Notes under the pieces: model-generated | The model's input: the letters and a program-made list of their open reading frames with translations, nothing else | What the model was told of the DNA's origin: nothing | Databases searched by the model: none | Assembly (NCBI GenBank): GCA_037129895.1 | Contig: JBAXUB010000001.1 | Coordinates: 18,947-82,946, forward strand | DNA: 64,000 bases | Reading direction: 5' to 3' | DNA from: Candidatus Tayloriibacteriota bacterium | GTDB lineage: Bacteria; Patescibacteriota; Minisyncoccia; Phycocordibacterales; PALSA-1337 | Shown: positions 1 to 9,820 of the stretch, piece after piece | Position numbering within the stretch: the first letter of the stretch is position 1 | Layout of the letters: every line of letters begins with the position of its first letter | Position numbers and translations under genes: made by a program

Positions 1-69
1 AGACGGCAGAGCCTTGATTTCAGGATCCCTCGTCAAGTTTCCTATGATATATACTTTGTTTAGGTACAT
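1..69 (-). CDS. ssb: single-stranded DNA-binding protein (5' part, runs off window)
   Basis: Manual translation MYLNKVYIIGNLTRDPEIKALPS; follows rpsF as in the rpsF-ssb operon. Confidence 0.9.
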   Translation of the reverse strand, partial: MYLNKVYIIGNLTRDPEIKALPS

Positions 70-103
70 AATGGATATGAGAATTACTAATTGTTAATAT
101 GCT

Positions 104-607
104 CTATTTTACCTCCTTGACCATATCATCAATACTCTTGTCCATATCTTCTATAGATATTGGTGCAACGTCTTTCTTTTCATCTATTACTACCCCTGGT
201 TCCATAACACGCTTTGGCATGATTGCGGCAGCTATCTGTGATGCCCTCTTGCCCAAATATGTGTTTTCCTTGGTTGTGGAGAGAAGTATCATGCGCAATA
301 CTGTAGGAACCAACTCAACTGACTTTTTGACTGATTCTACAACGCTTGAACTCAACTCGAACTTGATCCAACCAAAGTATGCCTTGTCATATTTCTCATA
401 TGAACCAGATACTGTCTTCACCCTCATCGTATAAGCGAGTTGCTCTAGATGTGGTAACTCGTCAGCTATAACTGACGCGCCAGCTTTAGTAATGATGCTC
501 TTTACTTTCTCTGCTTCTAGAGAAACATTCTCCTCAGCAACAGAACCCGCGACCAAGTATCCTATCTCGTAGACCGATATGCGGTCATCAATATTTGTGT
601 CTTGCAT
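104..607 (-). CDS. rpsF: 30S ribosomal protein S6 with C-terminal extension
   Basis: YEIGYLV...LAYTM...YFGWIKF...VLRMILL; start moved to ATG at 607. Confidence 0.9.
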   Translation of the reverse strand: MQDTNIDDRISVYEIGYLVAGSVAEENVSLEAEKVKSIITKAGASVIADELPHLEQLAYTMRVKTVSGSYEKYDKAYFGWIKFELSSSVVESVKKSVELVPTVLRMILLSTTKENTYLGKRASQIAAAIMPKRVMEPGVVIDEKKDVAPISIEDMDKSIDDMVKEVK

Positions 608-1045
608 ATTTTGTTTGCACTCAGTGACCCTTAAACTGGGATCCTCTATGTTTTCGACGTCGAGGAACTGACTGCGATTACTTATAATGTAATACGAGAC
701 TACCATAATATTGGCCTCTATGCAAGAGTATGACTCATTCTGGGTGCTTTTCATGCAGGTTGAAAAACACCTGTAAAAGAGGTGCCTAGACGATAGCATT
801 CCATAGATAAAATCCTGATAAAATCTGTATAAAGAAATGATAAAAAAGTAATAAAGAAAAGTATAAAGAATTAGAAATATATTTATGCCAGGGACCACAA
901 CATCTTTATTACAACTCTGCGGATGAAGGAAACTAAATATTTTCTTACTAATATGCGCACCACCAGACAGTCCTCGAGTCACAAAAAGGGTTTCTGTGGT
1001 TTTGGAACATTGGTCCTAGACCGATGGTTTTAAAACGCCAATAAC

Positions 1046-1888
1046 CTAGACATGTAACCCAAAGAAATCAACAGCATTCTTCAATAATCTAGCTGAAACA
1101 ATTTCCTCCGATTCACCGCGAATCTTGGCAATCTGTTTGACAACTTCTATAACATAAACCGGCTCATTCCTCTTGCCTCGATAAGGTATAGGAGTCACAT
1201 AAGGACAATCAGTCTCACTCATCACCCTGTCCAGTGGCACGGACTTGATCAGTTCATCATAATTCCTGGCGAATGTGATAACTCCAGTAAAGGATATACT
1301 ACACCCGATCGCCAAGGCACTATTCATATCATCCATGGTGCCAGCAAAGAAATGGAAATTTGCAGCAACTTTGGCATGTTCTTTCAAGATCGTTATAGAC
1401 TGCTTATAAGCATTCACAGGATCAGAAACACCACTATTCTTACCATTTCTCACATGCAGCATGAGAGGTTTCCCTACATTATTGGCAATTTCAATATGTT
1501 CGATGAATAGTTTCTCTTGATCTTCCATCTCCGCCGAACTCAATACACCTACCGGTGAATGCGTGTGGAAATAGTCCAGACCGCACTCTCCGATCGCTAT
1601 AACTTTTGGATTAGCGGCCAATTTCTGAAATGCCGCTTTATCGAACGGCCCCGCATGACCGTGACCTTGATCACCCCTCACTGTCGTTACATGTGTTGGA
1701 TGCATACCGATCACAGCCCACATATCATCATATTTTTCAGCTAACGTAACACACTTCTCTGACGACTCGAGATCAGTGCCGACCAGGACTATACCAACAC
1801 CAGCATCTTGTGCTCGTTTGATCACTTTTTCCCTATCTGCATCATATTCAGGGAAATTTATATGACCATGAATATCGATGTATTTCAT
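1046..1888 (-). CDS. tatD: TatD family nuclease
   Basis: DIHGH, IGECGLDY, PLMLHVR, ETDCPY motifs. Confidence 0.95.
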   Translation of the reverse strand: MKYIDIHGHINFPEYDADREKVIKRAQDAGVGIVLVGTDLESSEKCVTLAEKYDDMWAVIGMHPTHVTTVRGDQGHGHAGPFDKAAFQKLAANPKVIAIGECGLDYFHTHSPVGVLSSAEMEDQEKLFIEHIEIANNVGKPLMLHVRNGKNSGVSDPVNAYKQSITILKEHAKVAANFHFFAGTMDDMNSALAIGCSISFTGVITFARNYDELIKSVPLDRVMSETDCPYVTPIPYRGKRNEPVYVIEVVKQIAKIRGESEEIVSARLLKNAVDFFGLHV

Positions 1889-1905
1889 TTATTTATCAAA
1901 ATCGT

Positions 1906-3390
1906 TTACTTCCTCAAGAACAGTGGACTCTCTGGCATCTTGTTTTCTCGTATATATGTAAGAATCTTCTCAGCGGTTTCTGGTAATAGTGGCAGCAAAA
2001 ACGTCGCAACTTCACCGAGAGATACTACCAATTCAGTTATGAGCTTTTTGCCGCCTTCTTTGTCAGTCTTCACTAGTGAAAATGGTTTTTCCTTCTGAAT
2101 CTTCTGATCGAGAACCGCTATCTTTTCCCAAACAACATTCATGGCTTTTTGGAGATTGAAGCCTTCGATTGCATCGAAATATTCCTTACTATCTAGTTTT
2201 TCATACGAAAGTGGCGCGGGCATATCAGTTTTTTCCAGATTGTCAGCCGCCATCTTCATGATCCTAGATGTTAGATTACCTATACCATTGGCCAGCCCTG
2301 CATTGTATGTTTCCTTGAATTTCTCCATAGTAAAAGGACTATCTTCGAAGGGGTGCAGCTCTTTTGTTACGAAGTACCTGAAAGCATCTGTTCCATATTC
2401 TCTGACAACATCTATAGGATCGACAGTATTACCCAGAGACTTGGACATTTTGACGCCACCCTCACCAGTTACGAAGCCATTGATGACGATAACTTTGGAT
2501 GGTGTGAGCCCCACAGACATGAGCATCGATTGCCACATTGCTGACTGCTGACGCAAGTTGTCCTTGCCACAATATTGAACGACACCACCAGTTTCATTCC
2601 ACCATTTCTTGAATGAAACCATATCATCCGGCCAGCCGATAGTTGATACATAGTTCACCAATGCATCGAACCACACATACATGACTTGAGTTGCATCATC
2701 TGGAACAGGTATCCCCCACGGCATCTTGCTAGCGAGTCTAGAAATGCTGAAATCTTCTATGCCTCTCTCAACGAAAGCACGGATCTCATTCAGACGTGTA
2801 TTCGGTATAACGAATGAATTCTTACTCTCTGCATTCGTATCAGATGAAGATCCTCGCTCATATAGATCCATGAGGGGCTTTTGATATAGACTGAAACGGA
2901 AGAAATAGTTCTCTTCATTAATTATTTCGATTTCCTGCAATGGATGGAGCGGACACCTTCCATCGACTAGTTCTGACTCGGTTTTCTCAAGTTCACATCC
3001 TACGCAATATTTAATGGAATAATTCTTCTTATAAATGAGGCCGTTCTTGTTGGCTAACTTCCAGAACTCCTGTGCCGCCATAACATGATGTGGATCGGTC
3101 GTACGAACAAACTTTATATCTGTGCTTATGCCGAGTAATGGTAATATCTCACGAAATTTATCAGATATACCGTCCACATATTTCTGTGGATCCAAATGCG
3201 CTTGAGCAGCCTTCTGGTAAATCTTTATTCCATGTTCATCTGTACCTGTATTGAAAAAAACATCATAACCCAACAGTTTCTTATACCTAGCGATAACATC
3301 CGCACGTACGAATTCCAATGCGTGGCCAACATGAGCTTCTGCATTTACGTATGGTAAAGTCGTCGTTATATAAAATGGTTTTTTTGTCAT
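1906..3390 (-). CDS. metG: methionine--tRNA ligase (short form, no C-terminal tRNA-binding domain)
   Basis: YVNAEAHVGH, GTDEHG, KMSKS. Confidence 0.97.
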   Translation of the reverse strand: MTKKPFYITTTLPYVNAEAHVGHALEFVRADVIARYKKLLGYDVFFNTGTDEHGIKIYQKAAQAHLDPQKYVDGISDKFREILPLLGISTDIKFVRTTDPHHVMAAQEFWKLANKNGLIYKKNYSIKYCVGCELEKTESELVDGRCPLHPLQEIEIINEENYFFRFSLYQKPLMDLYERGSSSDTNAESKNSFVIPNTRLNEIRAFVERGIEDFSISRLASKMPWGIPVPDDATQVMYVWFDALVNYVSTIGWPDDMVSFKKWWNETGGVVQYCGKDNLRQQSAMWQSMLMSVGLTPSKVIVINGFVTGEGGVKMSKSLGNTVDPIDVVREYGTDAFRYFVTKELHPFEDSPFTMEKFKETYNAGLANGIGNLTSRIMKMAADNLEKTDMPAPLSYEKLDSKEYFDAIEGFNLQKAMNVVWEKIAVLDQKIQKEKPFSLVKTDKEGGKKLITELVVSLGEVATFLLPLLPETAEKILTYIRENKMPESPLFLRK

Positions 3391-3400
3391 CTGGGATATT

Positions 3401-4501
3401 CTATACTACCTTGCCCACCTTATCTAGTGCTGCCCTCTCTGCCCTTTCGGCGTTCTTGTATTTCTCTATATCATGGATATATTCCATAAGTGCAGCCGAC
3501 AGAGGCACAGCGATGAGCGCACCCAATACTCCAGCGAGTTTCGCGCCAATAACTAAGGCAAGTATGACGACTATAGGAGAGATGCCCACGATCTTCTTGA
3601 CCACCAATGGATAGAATACTTGGCTTTCCAATTGGTAAATTATGAGATACAAGCAGACAACCAATATTCCTATACCGACTCCACGATCAGTGAAACTAAC
3701 GAGGATCGCTGGCACAGAGGAAATGATCGGCCCAAAGACCGGTATGATCTCGAGTAATGCAGCGAACAATGCCAATATGAGAGCATGTTTGACTCCTACG
3801 GATACGAGCATTATATACACGAGAACTCCGACGACTATTCCCAATATGATCTGCCCTTGTAGCCATAGAGCGATCTTACGCTGTGATCTCTTCCATAGAT
3901 CTATGATGTAATCATGATGTCTAACCGGTGCAACGATACGCAAGAAATCATCTACTCCATCCTCTTTTACAGCTAAATAGAATGACAGAACAATGATCAA
4001 AATGAAACTGAATAGACCGCCGAATATTGTACCAGCTGTTTGGAAAGCATTATCACTAGTACCGACGATCAAGGACTGTAAATAACTAACAAAATCTACA
4101 AGCGATAAAGTGTGTGAGCCGAGACCGTATGAGGATTGTCCTAGAGATACACCTGTGCTACTGATCGGACTCCACAATTCCTGCAAAGATATCGTCTCAG
4201 GTAATGACGAGACGAAGTTCATAGCATCTCGGACAATGATAGGCATGAAGAATATCAATATACCGGCCAAGAGTGCTGACGCAATGATATATACCGTGAT
4301 AACAGTGGCGACTCTATGAATCTTGCGCCTTTTCAATCGGCGGATGAGTGGCTCTATCGTCGATGCTATAACCACGGCCGCAACAACCACGAGGACGATA
4401 TCAGAAAGATAATATATAGCCGCTAGCAATATTAGAATGAGGAAAAATCTAATGATCGTTCCCGTATTTATCACGATGTGACTGTGTTTGGGAGTATCCA
4501 T
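3401..4501 (-). CDS. AI-2E family transporter
   Basis: Multi-TM; LEIIPVFGP, YPLVV, GVLGALIAVP. Confidence 0.9.
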   Translation of the reverse strand: MDTPKHSHIVINTGTIIRFFLILILLAAIYYLSDIVLVVVAAVVIASTIEPLIRRLKRRKIHRVATVITVYIIASALLAGILIFFMPIIVRDAMNFVSSLPETISLQELWSPISSTGVSLGQSSYGLGSHTLSLVDFVSYLQSLIVGTSDNAFQTAGTIFGGLFSFILIIVLSFYLAVKEDGVDDFLRIVAPVRHHDYIIDLWKRSQRKIALWLQGQIILGIVVGVLVYIMLVSVGVKHALILALFAALLEIIPVFGPIISSVPAILVSFTDRGVGIGILVVCLYLIIYQLESQVFYPLVVKKIVGISPIVVILALVIGAKLAGVLGALIAVPLSAALMEYIHDIEKYKNAERAERAALDKVGKVV

Positions 4502-4528
4502 AATATCTGATTATATCACACCCCTCAT

Positions 4529-5797
4529 CTATATATGAAAATACGACTTGAAGACTTCTGGATCTTTGAATTTACCGATAATGGCCATATTGAGTCCCCT
4601 ATTAACGAAAACTTCATTCGCCAATGCCTTTATATCTTCTGCGGTTACAGAATCCACCTTCTTCATGAATTCCTCCGGCGTATCTATCTTCCTCTTCAAG
4701 ATTTCCTGAAAACCACAATACTCCGCACGTGACTCCGATGTCTCAAGTTCGAGTAATGTAGTGCCGGAAATATAATCCTTGACCTTCTTCAATTCACCGG
4801 CACTGACGAGATCGGTTTTCAATATTTTACATTGATTCAATATCTCCTTTATCGCCTCCTCGACTCTGGCATTATCTACACCCGCCGAGATAGTGAGGTC
4901 TCCATGATCTGTGAACGGATCGTGTGAAGCACGAATGTAATAACATATACCGAGCTCATCTCTCATCTTTGAAAATAATCTCGAACTCATACCCCCGCCG
5001 AGCAGGGTTGTAAGTACGGTCATAGCTGGTATTCTCGGATCATTGATAGAGAACGTTCTCGAAGCAATCACGAGATGTGTTTGATCAGTTTCTTTGAATA
5101 AAGTCTTAATGGCCGGTTCCTCCTGGGACTCGACAACTGGGAGCTTCGGCTTATTAATATCGGTGGCAACAGTCGCGAACATCTTCTCTATTTTGTTGAT
5201 CGTGGCCTTTTCATCGAATGATCCGGAAACCAATACTGTCGTAGCAGAACTCACGTAATGATCCTTCCTATAGCTAACAAAATCAGCACGACCAAAAGAT
5301 TTGATATTATCCTCAGTACCCAAGACACTCCAACCTGCAGGACTATCGCCAAACATAAGCTCCGACAAGACTTCATGAACTCTGCGTTGAGGAAGATCGT
5401 TATACATGCGTACTTCTTCGATGATCACACCTTTCTCTTTGTTTATCTCTGACTCATCGAAAAGCGGATTCATATACATATCTGAGACAATATCCAATAT
5501 TTCATCCAAACGATGTGACGCCGCTTTGGCATAGTAGCCAGTGAATTCTTGAGTGGTAAAAGCGTTGTACTGAGCACCCACTGAATCTAATTCGCGAGAT
5601 ATATCGCTGGCTTTTGGTCTCCTCGGTGTACCCTTGAAAACCATATGCTCCAAGAAATGAGATATGCCATTCTGTTTCTTTGTCTCATATTTCGAGCCAG
5701 CTTCAACCATGACTAATACTGTGACCGAAGGATTCTCAGCCATTGGTACAGTAACGACTCTAAGTCCGCTTTTTAATATTGTTTTATTGAATTTCAT
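4529..5797 (-). CDS. M16 family zinc peptidase
   Basis: GISHFLEHMVFKGT (HXXEH), NAFT, SSRLF. Confidence 0.95.
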   Translation of the reverse strand: MKFNKTILKSGLRVVTVPMAENPSVTVLVMVEAGSKYETKKQNGISHFLEHMVFKGTPRRPKASDISRELDSVGAQYNAFTTQEFTGYYAKAASHRLDEILDIVSDMYMNPLFDESEINKEKGVIIEEVRMYNDLPQRRVHEVLSELMFGDSPAGWSVLGTEDNIKSFGRADFVSYRKDHYVSSATTVLVSGSFDEKATINKIEKMFATVATDINKPKLPVVESQEEPAIKTLFKETDQTHLVIASRTFSINDPRIPAMTVLTTLLGGGMSSRLFSKMRDELGICYYIRASHDPFTDHGDLTISAGVDNARVEEAIKEILNQCKILKTDLVSAGELKKVKDYISGTTLLELETSESRAEYCGFQEILKRKIDTPEEFMKKVDSVTAEDIKALANEVFVNRGLNMAIIGKFKDPEVFKSYFHI

Positions 5798-5810
5798 ATA
5801 TTCTAACAAA

Positions 5811-7151
5811 CTACTCATTCCCTATGCCGATTTTTTGCTTCAAATATTTGAGCAGATCAGCTTCGGTAACTCTCTCCTGTTTACCTGAATCACGATCTCG
5901 AACAGTTACACCTGTACCTTTCTCTATAGTCTCAAAGTCAACAGTGACGCAGAGTGGCGTACCGATCTCATCTTGACGACGATAACGTTTTCCTATATTG
6001 CCATTATCATCATAGTCAGTCATCGGTATCTCCTTCTGAATCGTCTTGAATATCTCCTCTGCTTTCTTTATGAGCTCCGGTTTATTCCTTAGCAACGGAA
6101 ATACGGCCACCTTATAAGGTGCTACCCTCGGATGAAGCTTGAGATATGTTCTCTTGTCACCACCTAAGTCATCTTCAGTATATGCATCACAGAGTATAGC
6201 GAGTACTGTCCTATCTAGTCCGAATGATGGCTCTATACAATGTGGTATGAATCTCTCTTTGGTTTCTTCATCATAATAGGAAAGATCAACTTTACTGAAA
6301 TCAGAATGCTGTTTGAGATCGAAATCTCCACGATAGGCCAATCCATATAATTCCTTTTTACCAAAAGGAAAATCAAACTCAAAATCGATAGTTCGTTTCG
6401 AATAGTGTGCACGGTCAGCCTGTGCCACTTCCAACTCGTGGACTTTGGAAGCGTCTAGCCCGACATCGGCCGTGAATGCGAGAACTTCTTTCCTGAAATA
6501 TTCAAATGATGTCTCCCACAGTTTTGGATTGACGAAATACTCTATTTCCATCTGTTCAAACTCGCGAGATCGGAAAAGGAAATCCCTAGGCGCTATCTCA
6601 TTACGGAAAGCCTTTCCTATCTGTGCCATACCAAACGGTAGTCTCGGATGTTGAGTGTCCAATACATTCTTGAAATTCACGAACATTCCCTGTGCAGTCT
6701 CTGGTCGTAGATATGATACCGACGAAGCGTCTTGGATAGCTCCAACATGAGTCTCGAACATCATATTGAACTTCCTCTCTTCACCCAAGTCTCCACCACA
6801 ATCTGGACACTTCTTTTTGTTAGTAGCATCACCTTCTATCTGATCGGCACGAAATCTATGCTTGCATTTCTTGCACTCGACGAGTGGATCAGCGAAGCCT
6901 GATGCGTGACCACTAGCTTGCCAGACTCTCTGATTCATGAGGATGGCTGCATCAACTCGGAACATGTTTCTCTTCCCCACAACGAAGCGGCTGTACCAAG
7001 CATCTTTGATGTTAGATTTCAACGCTTCTCCGAAAGGACCATAGTCCCATGTACCGGCTAAACCGCCATATATCTCTGAACCTTGGAATATAAAACCACG
7101 TCGCTTACAAAGTGCGACTACCGCATCCATTTTGTCTTCTTGTTTATTCAT
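5811..7151 (-). CDS. glyS: glycine--tRNA ligase (alpha2 type)
   Basis: LRPETAQG, FRNEI, REFEQME, EPSFGLDR, anticodon-binding domain. Confidence 0.97.
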   Translation of the reverse strand: MNKQEDKMDAVVALCKRRGFIFQGSEIYGGLAGTWDYGPFGEALKSNIKDAWYSRFVVGKRNMFRVDAAILMNQRVWQASGHASGFADPLVECKKCKHRFRADQIEGDATNKKKCPDCGGDLGEERKFNMMFETHVGAIQDASSVSYLRPETAQGMFVNFKNVLDTQHPRLPFGMAQIGKAFRNEIAPRDFLFRSREFEQMEIEYFVNPKLWETSFEYFRKEVLAFTADVGLDASKVHELEVAQADRAHYSKRTIDFEFDFPFGKKELYGLAYRGDFDLKQHSDFSKVDLSYYDEETKERFIPHCIEPSFGLDRTVLAILCDAYTEDDLGGDKRTYLKLHPRVAPYKVAVFPLLRNKPELIKKAEEIFKTIQKEIPMTDYDDNGNIGKRYRRQDEIGTPLCVTVDFETIEKGTGVTVRDRDSGKQERVTEADLLKYLKQKIGIGNE

Positions 7152-7196
7152 ATCGCTATTCTACACTTAAAAAGGTAACAGTGACAAGTATAAATA

Positions 7197-9131
7197 CTAC
7201 TTCACCACCACACCATCTCCATCATTATATATTGGGTCTGTACTGAATCTCGTTGAGAGCTCCTCTTGTGTACTAGTCAATTGTGTTCCTGTAAACGCAT
7301 CTGCCGCAGTTAGAGATGTCTGATTGACCAGAGTTACTGGCTGACCGATCTGGTTCACCGCTGGAGTAACTGACAATTGGAATGATACTTCTCTCCTTCT
7401 CAATGAATTCAATGTATAAGTACCAACATTTCCAACTACCCAAGTGACGCGACCACTATTCGGGTCATAAGTAATATTTTCATTACTTGGATTGAAGACG
7501 TTTAACCATTTGACTGAAGGCGGTAAAGTGGTTGTAACTTGTGCATTTCCAACAGCGTTTGAAGTATTGTCTACATTCCATATTATTGTGAAAGTTGAAG
7601 GCTGTTCTACTTTCGGAGGTATTGGTCCAGTATTCACGAATGGTCCAACACTACGCACAACTCTACCAGACAGGCTCACGCTAGAAGAGACTCTGATATT
7701 ACGTGCAACCACTGAATGCAAATTACTAGAAACACTAGTCTCCTGTGTACGATCTCCAGAAACACTCGTCGATAGAGTCACCAATGGATTGGTTACAGCC
7801 CGAACCGAGGAACCGAAATCTCTTGGAGTGAGACGGAAAGATACAGTACCTTTAGACCCCGCTCCTACACTAGCGAATTCTGGATTTGTTTGTTGATTCC
7901 AGACGATCTCATCTGAACTGGAGTTAAAATATCCTCTATCAGGCGACACCTTGGTCTTGTCATATGCAGAACCAGATAGTTTCAATGTAATGATTAGATT
8001 TGATACAGATACTGGCAGATTGTTGACCCAGCTCACCTCTACCTGATCTTCTTGTCCGAACTGTCCGACATAATCACTATTTGAACTGTTACCATTTATT
8101 GACATAACCAACGATATGAAAGGCTTTTGCACGGTCATATCCTGCTCCGCTGCAACATATTGAGTCCCTATGAGCGTAGCATCTGATACACTCGTTGCTC
8201 CTGCCGTGAAGCGAAAGACTTTCGTATCACTATTTTCTCCCGTCAGTTTGCCGTGAATCGTTACTACCCTCTCCGCACCAGCTGGTATATCACCGATTTT
8301 CCATATCGTATTGTTTGTCTGTGGTTTCAAATCAGCAGATATGAAGGTGAAGCCAAATGGATACTGAGATTTCAATAATATATTTTTCAATGTTTCTTGC
8401 GAGTTTGATTTTACTTTTACGGTCATATCGAATTCTTGACCAGATGACACTTCTTTATATGAATCAACCGTTAAGCTTATCGGTGATGAGTTGATGAGGA
8501 CATCATAAGTCTTGCTCTTGGTAAAAAGTGAGTTTGATCCTTTGACTTTATACGTAACATTGACGGCGATCGTCTTCTGCATATTTTCTTCACCGAATAT
8601 TATGGCTCTAACTATTTTCTCCGACGACTTGCCAGCCGCCAAGTCACCAACCAATTCATGATAGGTCTTCATCTCCTTCGTCGAATCATTGGGGTCTGTT
8701 GTGCCTGCTGGGAAATCAACCGCCAAGTCAGCCGTCTGTAAGTCAACATTATTTCGATTCGTCACAATGACGCCGAAAGATACTGGCGTACCGCCAGGTA
8801 TAGAAACTGGACCATTGATACTGATATCTATATTGTCTGCCGAAATGAGATTGGCACCATTTAGAAACAAATATGCTCCGAGACCTATAGCGATGACACA
8901 GAATATTACTGAACCGATCAATATCTTCTTCAAATATGACATAGAGTGATCTTCGAAATTTTGGTTAAGTGTCGTCTCCACAGGCTTCTCTACCGGCTCT
9001 TCCCATGAAGTCTTCATCTCTGACGGCTTGTCATTGAAGCGCAGCTTGCGCCTAGTTCGCACGTCAGGAGCACCTCTCGAATACAGAGATTTCTTCAATT
9101 CTTCAATGTAGCTTTTATCTTCTGACTCCAC
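7197..9131 (-). CDS. membrane-anchored protein with repeated Ig-like/DUF11-like beta domains
   Basis: One TM near the N-terminus followed by S/T/V-rich beta-strand repeats. Confidence 0.7.
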   Translation of the reverse strand: MESEDKSYIEELKKSLYSRGAPDVRTRRKLRFNDKPSEMKTSWEEPVEKPVETTLNQNFEDHSMSYLKKILIGSVIFCVIAIGLGAYLFLNGANLISADNIDISINGPVSIPGGTPVSFGVIVTNRNNVDLQTADLAVDFPAGTTDPNDSTKEMKTYHELVGDLAAGKSSEKIVRAIIFGEENMQKTIAVNVTYKVKGSNSLFTKSKTYDVLINSSPISLTVDSYKEVSSGQEFDMTVKVKSNSQETLKNILLKSQYPFGFTFISADLKPQTNNTIWKIGDIPAGAERVVTIHGKLTGENSDTKVFRFTAGATSVSDATLIGTQYVAAEQDMTVQKPFISLVMSINGNSSNSDYVGQFGQEDQVEVSWVNNLPVSVSNLIITLKLSGSAYDKTKVSPDRGYFNSSSDEIVWNQQTNPEFASVGAGSKGTVSFRLTPRDFGSSVRAVTNPLVTLSTSVSGDRTQETSVSSNLHSVVARNIRVSSSVSLSGRVVRSVGPFVNTGPIPPKVEQPSTFTIIWNVDNTSNAVGNAQVTTTLPPSVKWLNVFNPSNENITYDPNSGRVTWVVGNVGTYTLNSLRRREVSFQLSVTPAVNQIGQPVTLVNQTSLTAADAFTGTQLTSTQEELSTRFSTDPIYNDGDGVVVK

Positions 9132-9179
9132 GTGTATATTTTACAACTAATCTGGATAAATCACCAATTGTTCGACCTA

Positions 9180-9764
9180 TTACAGATGCGACTCCTGCAA
9201 CGCTTTATTGATATGTTGATTGATTATTTTCCTTTTCAAGCTTACCCGATCCAACAAATCATGAGTGATCCCGCCAAACCTGATCTCTTCACCAATATCT
9301 TGATCCTTACCAATATATCCCAATAAATGTAGGACCCTATATACAACGATCGATTCCAATGAAGCTAGACGATCAATATCTTTTCTATCAATTATTAATA
9401 TATTTAATAAAGACGATTCCAGAGAATCGAATAACTCTGGGTGTGGATCCTCGCCTTGGAGAAATCTCTTGAGTAATAGTGCAACCCTAGCTACTAGATC
9501 ACGATCACCACCTCCCTCACTACCCACTTTCTCCATTCCCTGCGCACTCGTCAATCTCCAATATTCTTTTCCCCTAACGAATGAATACACCCCCCAAGAA
9601 TAGTCCTGTATGAAATACCTCAGTTTTGATTTCTCCAATCGTATTCCTTGCGCAGTCGCAAAGATCAAACCAAAATCGCGAGTAAATATTGATAATATTT
9701 TTCCCGCATCGCCGTATGGACGTGAACCGACAACAAAACCAGCTGTAGTATGTATTGCATGCAT
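9180..9764 (-). CDS. recO: DNA repair protein RecO (short)
   Basis: YGDAGKILSIFTRDFGLI..A.GIR..KSKL OB-fold motif. Confidence 0.85.
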   Translation of the reverse strand: MHAIHTTAGFVVGSRPYGDAGKILSIFTRDFGLIFATAQGIRLEKSKLRYFIQDYSWGVYSFVRGKEYWRLTSAQGMEKVGSEGGGDRDLVARVALLLKRFLQGEDPHPELFDSLESSLLNILIIDRKDIDRLASLESIVVYRVLHLLGYIGKDQDIGEEIRFGGITHDLLDRVSLKRKIINQHINKALQESHL

Positions 9765-9820
9765 GATGATTCTGACTTGCGACCAGACGGCTAAACCGAT
9801 AGCCAACTCGAACTGGCACT

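Noticed and set aside
608-982. N-terminal extension of the 292-aa ORF
   Set aside because: S6 similarity starts at ATG 607; the upstream part is low-complexity intergenic sequence.
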